Source: Candidatus Bathyarchaeia archaeon
GTDB lineage: Archaea > Thermoproteota > Bathyarchaeia > Bathyarchaeales > Bathycorpusculaceae
Assembly (NCBI GenBank): GCA_049512935.1
Contig: JBEKWR010000006.1
Location: forward strand, 85,934-149,933
Direction: 5' to 3'
Length of the DNA: 64,000 nt
Numbering within the stretch: position 1 is the stretch's first letter; every line of letters starts with the position of its first letter. Made by a program: the position numbers and the translations under genes. Of the stretch, positions 46,772 through 55,700 are shown piece after piece. The notes beneath the pieces are model-generated. The model was not told the DNA's origin, did not search any database, and saw only the letters and a list, made by a program, of their open reading frames with translations.

Positions 46772-47551
46772 CTAACTCTTGAATGCACTCGGTATTTTCC
46801 TCTTTCTAACTGTAAGTACGATAACAGCGAAAAGCGATAGCACTAAGAATATGGCTAAGACGGCTATGGTTGGAAACTCTGGTATGGTTGGTGTTGGTGT
46901 AGGGAGTGCTAATGCTTGGCTAATATAATTGGATGCAGAGTTAAGGTCATTAACGGCAGATTGCCATTCTCCTTGCCCAGCTAATGTAGTGGCTTGATTA
47001 TACATATTATTAGCTTGTTGGAGCAAAGCCTGAGCATCAGGACTAAGGTTGCTGTTCTGAGCATTATTCAAAGAGTTTTGCACGGTTTGAATTGTTTGGT
47101 CATATACTTTTTCGTAGGCATCAAGAACATTAATCGAACCTCCTGTTCCAGTTGGCGAAATACTAGTCCAGCCTAATAGCTCCTTTTGTTGACCTTGCAT
47201 GGATATTGTGAAACTATGAGAGCCTACGGTTGCATCAGAAGGAATGCTGAAACTGATGGCAGGGAAAGTGTATTGATTGCCAGTTGCAATGTTGGGTGAA
47301 CTTGCTGTCACAGTAGTCGGTGTTGTCATCCAGTCAAATTGAACGCTTAAAGAACTAAATTGTAATTGGTCAGGGCAATTGCTAGTGAAAGTAATAGTGA
47401 CGGTTCCGCTGTCTCCTTGATAATACGTTGTATTATCAAAAGCATATGTCCAGCTCCATTCATTCGAATTTAGGGCATTTACTCTTAGCATACTGCATGA
47501 TAATAAAATTACAGTTAACAGCCCGATAGAGAGCAAAACGGCTTTCTTCAT
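46772..47551 (-). CDS. secreted surface protein with PEF-CTERM sorting signal
   Basis: Signal peptide; PTPTPTIPEFP + TM + RKRK. Confidence 0.88.
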   Translation of the reverse strand: MKKAVLLSIGLLTVILLSCSMLRVNALNSNEWSWTYAFDNTTYYQGDSGTVTITFTSNCPDQLQFSSLSVQFDWMTTPTTVTASSPNIATGNQYTFPAISFSIPSDATVGSHSFTISMQGQQKELLGWTSISPTGTGGSINVLDAYEKVYDQTIQTVQNSLNNAQNSNLSPDAQALLQQANNMYNQATTLAGQGEWQSAVNDLNSASNYISQALALPTPTPTIPEFPTIAVLAIFLVLSLFAVIVLTVRKRKIPSAFKS

Positions 47552-47926
47552 ATGCAGCTTACCCCTCTATTACGTACAGTATTTGACCTTTTAGTATATA
47601 TGATTTGGCATTCAAAAATTTTTAGCAAAATTACTTTCGCATGTGATTCTTCTGTTTCCTTTTTCTACGCTCTGTAGATTTAAGACTTCTCACCAACAGA
47701 ACATTAGAGATAACGCTTTCTCTTTCTATTCTTATTTCTTGGTCGATTAGCTTATCTATGACCTCCACAGTTAGGACACCTGTCGAGAATTTCGTTGTAC
47801 ACGTTTGCGCAGTAGGGGCATCTTACTTTCACAATGACCTGAGTTTCCCTAATTATTTCCACATTGCGTGGAGGTGGTGCTTCTTCATGCCTTGTGCGTC
47901 TCATTTTTAATCAAAACTCAGTTTTC

Positions 47927-48490
47927 TTACAATCCTTTTATTCCAGCCATTTTTGCCCGTTCAAGTCCTCTGAACAGAGCGTCTATATCATTTGTTTTGA
48001 GTTCTACTTCTATGCTCATTCCGCCTACTCCCAAGATTCCACCTTCAGCCCTACCTCCAGCTTGAACATCTTTCTCGAAAGTCAACACAACGGATTTGGA
48101 TATAGTGCCCTGCTTGGTGATACTTATGATTCGGTCAAAAGGATAATCGTTTCCTGCGCAGTAAATGGCTTCATTTGTAACCACAAGGGTTCCTTTTGCT
48201 TTGGACTTCCTGTTTTTATCTCGTCCGAAAGCCAAATAACCGACAGGCCCCAGAGCAAGGCTGGCTACTTTTCTTCCTGCCCCTCTATGTTCGGTTCTTG
48301 TTACTACTAATTCTCCCTCTCCCTTAAAATATGCAGTTTCTCCAGATTCTCTTGAGTTAGTTATCTGAACCGGGGCTGATTGAGTTGTTTGTTGTAGCAA
48401 TGTTTGTTGGGCTGCTCCACAATTCGGGCAGAATTTTACTCCATTTTGTATTTGGCAGCCACAATTACAGCAAAATGGCAATCTGTTCAT
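47927..48490 (-). CDS. zinc-ribbon protein with PH-like C-terminal domain
   Basis: FCCNCG..FCPNCG; GTLVVTNEAIY. Confidence 0.8.
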   Translation of the reverse strand: MNRLPFCCNCGCQIQNGVKFCPNCGAAQQTLLQQTTQSAPVQITNSRESGETAYFKGEGELVVTRTEHRGAGRKVASLALGPVGYLAFGRDKNRKSKAKGTLVVTNEAIYCAGNDYPFDRIISITKQGTISKSVVLTFEKDVQAGGRAEGGILGVGGMSIEVELKTNDIDALFRGLERAKMAGIKGL

Positions 48491-49179
48491 TCTCCGTTAT
48501 TCATCTATAGGTAATACGTGAAAATTTAAGCTTTGTGAATAACCAATAAAATTTCTATGACTCTTTTTTAAACTATTCACAATTAAGCCGTTAGTTGCTA
48601 CCGAGACTTGAGACTTTTCATTGAAGAAAAATTAGGTGAGAACCGTAACCCATTCTTAGTTATCGGTTGTTAGTATTATGCTATGCAGATTTAAGACTTA
48701 TCATCAATGAAAATTTTGATACAACTCAACTTGATTATGAGTAATATTCCTGTTTTTGGAATGCTTGCTTCTCGAAATACGTCTTTTATAGGCTTTTACA
48801 GAATGATGCTTAGGTTGAAGCATGGCGGCGAAAAATGAAGATATCTACATGTTCATAATAAAAGAGGCGTACGCAAGAAAAGAGTAAAACAAGACTTCAG
48901 CACAACCGCCTGTGCGCTTGAAGATATTTTTGAAAATAATCTTAAATTAAAATCATTTTAGAATAACTTTAGCTTCAACTAACCCTTATGGTCAAGCTAA
49001 CTGGAAATGCTGCAGCATCCATTTCTATGTCCTCCCATAGCTTTGGGGGTCTTTGGCCTTTTTCATATGGCTGAAGAAGCAGACCATAGAGCAGGGCTAG
49101 TTGATGGCCTTGCCGTCGCAGGCTGAGGTGCAGGCTGCGCTTGGAAAGTTTTAAGTACTACGCTAGTCCTACTGGGGTA

Positions 49180-49485
49180 ATGGTGAAATTTGCTTTGGAA
49201 GAAGAGGTAAAAGTAACTCGAAAGTATCAAGTTACGATACCCCAAAGCGTTCGCTCCGAGCTCGGCGTTAAAATCGGCGACAAACTCATAGTAAAGTCCG
49301 AAAACAAACGCATAATAATGGAATCCCCCAAACGCCTTTCCAACCCCTCAGATGCGCTCTGGAATCTTTTCGGAAAGCCTCTTGACATGGATGCAACCAA
49401 ACTTGTTGAAGAATCCTGGAAAGAGACCCCCACTTCTGAGCCCAAGAAACAGCACTGTGAAAAGCGGAAGGAAGCCACAGATTGA
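49180..49485 (+). CDS. AbrB/MazE/SpoVT antitoxin
   Basis: VKVTRKYQVTIPQSVRSELGVKIGDKL. Confidence 0.9.
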   Translation: MVKFALEEEVKVTRKYQVTIPQSVRSELGVKIGDKLIVKSENKRIIMESPKRLSNPSDALWNLFGKPLDMDATKLVEESWKETPTSEPKKQHCEKRKEATD

Positions 49486-49910
49486 GCTATTACGTGGACA
49501 CCAACATTTTTGATTACTCTGCTTTGGCTCATCCTGTTTACGGCAAAGCCTGCAAGCAAATAATCGACGACATCCAGAACGAGAAGATTGAAGCGCACTG
49601 CAGTTTTCTAGTTCCTATAGAGATTCTGGGGTCTCTGGCACAGATAGATCCAGAAAAAGCGGCAATCGCAGTCGAGGCGTTTTTCTCGTTGCCGATAAAC
49701 ATGATTCAATTTGATGAGCGCGTCCTCCAAGACGCAGCAGGCATACTTCTTGAATCAAATGTCAGGTATGATTCGATACATGCCGCATGCATGCGAAGAA
49801 AGGGTTTAGACACAATAATAACTGAAGATTTTAAGGACTGGAAGAAAATCAAGCACATCAAAATCATAAGACCCCTCGAATATGAGAAACTAGCTAAAGG
49901 TCCAAAGTGA
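49482..49910 (+). CDS. vapC: VapC PIN-domain toxin
   Basis: YVDTNIF, E, YDSIHAA, IITEDFKD. Confidence 0.9.
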   Translation: MSYYVDTNIFDYSALAHPVYGKACKQIIDDIQNEKIEAHCSFLVPIEILGSLAQIDPEKAAIAVEAFFSLPINMIQFDERVLQDAAGILLESNVRYDSIHAACMRRKGLDTIITEDFKDWKKIKHIKIIRPLEYEKLAKGPK

Positions 49911-50022
49911 AGCGACCCCCAAAGATTTTTTGAATCCATAAAGAATCTTATCGGGGTTTCCATGTGCAGTTGATGGCCTTGCACTCGCAGGCTAAGATGC
50001 ACGGGGTTTTGTTGGTACTTTG

Positions 50023-50367
50023 TTAAGTTGGCTTCTGCCCGAAAGACTTTCCTCGTTTCACAAAGAAGGCAAATGCAACAAAACAAATGATCGCTGCTAG
50101 CAAGCTGCCGCCGAAGGGGATTTCAGGTGCGGGATTAGGGACGTCAGGCACGATGCCGCTTCCTTGCGGGGTTTGCACGTTCGGGACAGCCTGATTTACA
50201 CTGCCTGTGTTGGCTGAATTTTGTGTTGCATGGATGAATGTGATAAGAACAACAGTCGCCAGAAAAACTATGAAAAGCAACACAAGAAGCCTTTTATGAG
50301 AACGAAGAAGCCCATATCTGCTTTTCAAAAGCGACATTGAAAGTTCCATCGAAGAGGATTCTCCCAC
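50023..50367 (-). CDS. small membrane protein with PEF-like C-terminal signal (PEIP)
   Basis: N-terminal TM; PAPEIPF + TM + KRGK; directly downstream of the archaeosortase. Confidence 0.7.
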   Translation of the reverse strand: MGESSSMELSMSLLKSRYGLLRSHKRLLVLLFIVFLATVVLITFIHATQNSANTGSVNQAVPNVQTPQGSGIVPDVPNPAPEIPFGGSLLAAIICFVAFAFFVKRGKSFGQKPT

Positions 50368-50444
50368 CCATACGGGGATGTAAGAGCTATTTATAATTTA
50401 TGTAAAAGTCGCCATTAAAAGCAATTGGAAAGAAACAACAGTGA

Positions 50445-52550
50445 TCAGTAAGTTGTCCACTCTTTGTATATTTCGTCATTCTTGGACGAGATTTTTTCGT
50501 GAAGGATCTGCTCTCGTCGGAGCTGATCTAACTTGCCAAAGTAACTTTTGTCTTCATGCGATGCTTCGCTCAAAACCCGCGATTGATTATCCTTGATGGC
50601 TGCCAAAAACCGTTTATCTTCCTCGGGAAGATCCGCGATTTTCCTTCTTGTCGCCCTGCGCAAACTAAGTTCTTTAACAATTAACGCCAAAACGCAGAAA
50701 GAAAGCAGGACAGTCACCAACACCGTGAAAGCCAGGCTGTTTCTGTATATGTCCACTGCGAAAAGGTAGTTTGAATTCTTGTAGGTGCTCCACGTGTTCT
50801 CTGAGCCTTGGCTTACTGACAGCAACTGATTTGACACAGCAGCCACGTTCGCCGTTTGAGTCGCCGAATCGTTTACGTTTGCGATGAACCTGTAAAGGGT
50901 AACTTTGATGCAGTAGTTAGTTATGGTATTGTTGGTTTCGAGGGCGAGGCTGTCGAACCAGTAGACCAGCACAAGCGTTTGATTCAAAGTTGGAGCGTCC
51001 GCAACGATTGTTTCGCCGTTAACGATACTGCTGCCCTGATCGTATATGGTCACGTAAGTTATTTTTTGAATGTTTATCGGGTAGGATTGATAATGCAGGC
51101 AGCCTTCCCAAGTGTGGAACCCGGATTGCAGGTTTGAAACTTCGAAAATGGCGTCCACCAAGCTCGTGCCGTTGCCTTGAGTAAGCGAGTAGTCTCCTAC
51201 AAAAATTAAGCCTAACTGCTGTTCCGCTGATTTTTCACGCCCAGTGAACGTTGAAGACCAGCCGGTAAGGTTTGTGAAAGCGCCAAGCGCGCCCGTGTTC
51301 GGGTTGAAGTTCACGGCTGCCTGCGGACTCGTCATCACCGCGTTATAGTTTACCGCTGACGCCTGAACGATAAGGTCCGAACAAACCAGCAAGAAGAGCA
51401 GAATGAAGGCGAGGCGTTTCCAGTTCATCGCGATTTTAGGCCACTTGAGAATTCGCCCGCACTTGGCGCAAACCGCTTCCGTTGATGCCTTGCAAAAAGA
51501 GCAGACGTCGGCTTTTGCTTGGACGAAAGAAAGCTTTAGCCCCACGCTTGCCAAGTAAAGAAGGATTAGCGTCCCGATAAACGCGAAGGCTGTCCCGCCG
51601 ACATCATGAAAGAAATCTGTCGCCAACCCGAGACCATAAAAATGCCCCAAAACAACCATGGTGGTTATGCGGAAAACGTTAAGCAGGTAGGCGAAGACGA
51701 TGGCGAGCGTAGCGTAAAAGATTTTCTTGACGGGAGAACCAGATGCAAAATAGCCAAAGACTACTGCGCAGAACAGGAATGCCGTTAGAGAGTAAATTCC
51801 TGAGCATGCGGCAGTTAGGGAAATCTGGATTTGCTGCCCTGACGTTGTGACGGAGCTTAACGTTACAATCGGCTGGTAGGTTATTTTTATCGGCAGAAAG
51901 AGTTTAAGCATGTAACCCGCTGCGGCAGCGTCGGAAGCCATCAGGTTTGCCCCGTAAGCATCCATGAAGATCAACGGGAATGGACTCAGAAAAATCAGCA
52001 GTCCAATGGGGAAAACCAGCAGTTTAAGCACGTCAGCCCCGAAAATAAGCAGGGTGACGCCCGCGAAGAAGATTGGTAGCGCGACAAGATGAAGTTGCAG
52101 CGCGTAGAAAGAGTACGAACCCCAAACGTAAACCAGGAGCGCCAACAAACAGAGACTTACAGCCGTCAAATCATGCAGCCGCGAGTTTTTGCGGGGAAGC
52201 AGAAAGGCTTTTCGGCGCCGGTAAAATAAGTAGGCGGCGACAAACGGGACCAGCAGAACGTACTGCGCTTCCGGATTAAACAAGGCGAGGCTGAACACCT
52301 GCACGAAGTCTTGAAAGAAAGCCGCTATCGGAAACGCAAGAAGCACGAGGAGTTTAATGCCGACTGGCACGAAGTTGGGCGATTTCACCGCTGCCCGCCA
52401 ATTGAACAAAACGTCATTTAACTTGGCTCTGTTCAACCGTTTTGGGCTCCCCTTTTGGATAATTCTTATCAGCCGTGGTTTAATTAAACTTTGGAATTTA
52501 AGAGTCAGATTCTCAATATAACTTTGTTTGCTGAATCGGCGAATAGCCAC
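50445..52550 (-). CDS. exosortase/archaeosortase family protein with Zn-ribbon and extracellular C-terminal domain
   Basis: AACSGIYSL (Cys), NVFRI (Arg), FFHD (His); CSFC..CAKC. Confidence 0.88.
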   Translation of the reverse strand: MAIRRFSKQSYIENLTLKFQSLIKPRLIRIIQKGSPKRLNRAKLNDVLFNWRAAVKSPNFVPVGIKLLVLLAFPIAAFFQDFVQVFSLALFNPEAQYVLLVPFVAAYLFYRRRKAFLLPRKNSRLHDLTAVSLCLLALLVYVWGSYSFYALQLHLVALPIFFAGVTLLIFGADVLKLLVFPIGLLIFLSPFPLIFMDAYGANLMASDAAAAGYMLKLFLPIKITYQPIVTLSSVTTSGQQIQISLTAACSGIYSLTAFLFCAVVFGYFASGSPVKKIFYATLAIVFAYLLNVFRITTMVVLGHFYGLGLATDFFHDVGGTAFAFIGTLILLYLASVGLKLSFVQAKADVCSFCKASTEAVCAKCGRILKWPKIAMNWKRLAFILLFLLVCSDLIVQASAVNYNAVMTSPQAAVNFNPNTGALGAFTNLTGWSSTFTGREKSAEQQLGLIFVGDYSLTQGNGTSLVDAIFEVSNLQSGFHTWEGCLHYQSYPINIQKITYVTIYDQGSSIVNGETIVADAPTLNQTLVLVYWFDSLALETNNTITNYCIKVTLYRFIANVNDSATQTANVAAVSNQLLSVSQGSENTWSTYKNSNYLFAVDIYRNSLAFTVLVTVLLSFCVLALIVKELSLRRATRRKIADLPEEDKRFLAAIKDNQSRVLSEASHEDKSYFGKLDQLRREQILHEKISSKNDEIYKEWTTY

Positions 52551-52705
52551 TAAAAAATGCCTGTTCTTGTTAAAAACTGCGACTACCCCTGCAAGGACTT
52601 GTAGTCACCTGATTGATTCCCATGTGATGTCGGAAAGAAAAAGCTTGTCGTATGGCGCGAGATCGAACCCCCGCGGCTTTTTGACCTCAAACTCTGCCAT
52701 CAGGT

Positions 52706-55700
52706 CTAATTCAGTGGAAATTCCACGGTGAATCGTGTGCCCTTTCCGAGTTCGCTTTCGACAGTTACGTTTCCATTTAATGCTTCGGTCAGCTTCTTAA
52801 CTACTGCTAAGCCGAAGCCTTGACCCTTGGCTTTGGTGGTGAACAGCGGCTTGAAAAGCTTGTCTTTCACATCGTCAGGTATGCCTTCGCCTGTGTCTGC
52901 AACAGTGATGAATATTTTCTTGTCTTTGCGGGTTGCGGTTATGGCTATTTTTCCTCCTTTAGGCATGGCTTGCACGGCGTTTGAAGTCAAGTTCGTAAGT
53001 ACTCTCTTCAGGTACAGCGGGTCAGTGCAGATTTTCGGAAAGCCAGCCTGTATGGTGGTAGAAACCGTTATGTCATCTGGAATATTCACCGTTGACAAGA
53101 CGTCATGTACGGTTTTTTCAAGGTCTGTTTCCTGCAGTTGAGGCTTAGGTGCTTTCGCATAATCTTGGAGGTCTTGAACGATTTTGTTCACATAGAGAAG
53201 CTGTTCCTCAATGTAGCCTATGCTTTCTTTAAGATCTTCTTTAGCGTGGGTATCAGGTAAATCCGCTATGTTGGTTCTTGCCAAGTAAAGTTCGCCCGTG
53301 ATCGACTGGAGCGGATTGCGTATGTCATGCCCAACCATGCCAGCCGTCTCGCCGATGGCTGCCAAACGTTCTGAGTCTCGAAGCTTTTGGGTTCGCTCTT
53401 CAACCAAGGCTTCCAAATGTTCTGAGTACGACTTCAATTGTTCTCCATTTTCTTCCAGCATTTCAAGCATTTTGCTGTTTGCTAAGGCGACTGATGCAAT
53501 TTCTCCAAAAGCCGCTGCCATCTCAGCGTCACGTTTGGTGAATCCACCATGCTTGTTAGCCAACCCGATGACCCCGACCGTTCTCTGCTCAATCGTCAAC
53601 GGCGCAAACATCACGTTCTCAAGTACCACGTGACCTTTGGGTGAAAATTTTTGCCATTCACTTTGAGGAAAATCATTTTCAATGGCAACTTTTCCAGAGT
53701 TGTACACTTCGCCACGGAGTCCTCGAATAGGCATGGGAAGCGATGGATCAACCGTGCAGGGAAGCCCTCCTGAATCCAAGAACAAGACTTCGTTTTCTTT
53801 TCCGTCGTCACTTAAGAGGGCAACATAGCCCGCTGTTGCTCCGATTACTTCTTTGCAGGCGTCAAATATCGCACGCGCCGAATCTGGGAATTCTTTGTGC
53901 TGCAGAACTGCTCTTGATCCCTTCAACAGAGCTGAAATCTCAGATTGGCGCAGCTGCGATTCTTCGAGAGAGTCAGATACCTCTTGCTCCATTTTTTTGC
54001 GCTCGGTAATGTCCTCTAAGACCGCAGCAAAATAGCCTTTTGCGGGACAATAAACTGAAACTTTTAACCATAGGTTTAGAGGTTTAAGGAAATATTCAAG
54101 CTTCTCTTTTTGACCAGTTAGCGCTACTCTTCCATAAATTTCAAAAAGTTCAGGGTTTTCTTCTTTTATTCCATGTACCGCTTGTGTTACTTTCTTTCCA
54201 ATCAAGGCGTCTCTGGGTAAACCTGTTATTCTTTGAAAGGCATCATTAACTTGAAGATAAACCCAGTCAACAGGCTTGCCGGCATCATCAAATATCATTT
54301 GGCAATAAGCAAAGCCATCTATCATGTTAGCGAAAAGGGAACTATATTCTGCCTCACTTTTCCTCAATGCTTCTTCAGTTTTTTTGCGTTCAGTAATATC
54401 GCTGAACAGAGATATGTTAGCTACGTGTTTTCCAGTCTCGTCAAATAATGGTGAAGCATTGCAAGCTGCCCACAGAATAGAGCCGTCTTTGCGGGAAAAC
54501 TCAAATTCCCTGTACTGAACCTGCCCTTTTTCCAAGTCTTTCCTCATCTGCGAAGCTTGTCTTCTTTGTTCTTCTTCAGACAGGAGTTCAAAGCTCGATT
54601 TCCTGAGAAGTTCGTCGGTTGAGTAGCCAAACATTTGCGCCAGCCTGTTATTGACAAAGATGTGGGTGCCATCAGTTTTGGCGATGACTATGCCTTCGGC
54701 TGCAGTCTCAACGATTGTACGGTACTTTTGCTCACTTTCAGCTAACGCTTCTTCAGTTTTCTTTCGTTCGGTAACATCTTTCAACATGGATAATAAAGTC
54801 TCAACGTTACCGTTAACGGAAAACTCTGGAACAATGGCATATTGATAAAATTTCACTCCTTCCCGACTTGGAAATTCAAATTCGCCTTTTTGCTCCTTGC
54901 CAGTTTCAAAAACATTTTGGAGAATCTGAGTCCATGTTTCGGCGAATTTTCGCGGCAGCTGGATTTCCTGGTTTGTTCTTCCTATGAAGTTCTTTAGGGG
55001 TAGCCCTGTTGTTTTTTCAAAAGCCGAGTTGATGTACAAGTAACGTAGGTCTTTGTCAACTCTTGCAATGATATCTGGAGAGTTCTCTGCGAGTGTTCGG
55101 TACTTTTCTTTTTCACCGCGCAATTCAACTTCATGTTTCTTCAATACATCGACATCTATGAAGGATAAAACGGCACCGTCTATTCTGTTATCTTCAGTTA
55201 TGTACGGTCGAACCCGCATTTCATAAGAGCGCCCCTTCTCATCACTGACTTCTTTATCCGCTGCTCCAAGCGTTGCGATTACTGCTAAGATGGTTTTCTC
55301 TAAATCAGGAATTGAAATGCCAAGACGCAAGTTAGATATTGGCAGCCCAGTGTCCGAAGGACTCAGATTAAGAATTCTTTGAGCGGACGGCGTAAAAAGT
55401 CTAATCTTGAGGTTGCCATCAACCATGACCACGGCTGGATCAACATTCCTGTTCAGGTTTGCCAGGTTGTCGTTTAGTCTGGCGAGAGCTTGATTTCGGT
55501 TCTTCAATTCATCATTCAAAGTGGTTAATTCTTCATTGCTTGATTGAAGCTCTTCCTTAGCTGTTTCCAACTCCTCGTTTGTACTCTGCAGTTCCTCATT
55601 GCTTGACTGCACTTCCTCCATAGCCGCCCTGAGCTCTTCATTGGTTGCTTCCTGGTTCTCGATGACCGTCTGCAAATACTGCTTGGAAGATTCCAACTCT

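Larger units (their letters stand above)
46233..48700 (+). repeat. four dispersed copies of CTACGCTATGCAGATTTAAGACTTA
   Basis: 46233-46258, 46500-46524, 47665-47688, 48677-48700; same orientation, all intergenic. Confidence 0.85.

Noticed and set aside
46233-48700. Repeats as a CRISPR array
   Set aside because: Spacing is 240-1140 bp and contains whole genes; no cas genes
55520-55660. Short tandem-like repeats
   Set aside because: They encode the NEELQS coiled coil of the CheB/CheR protein
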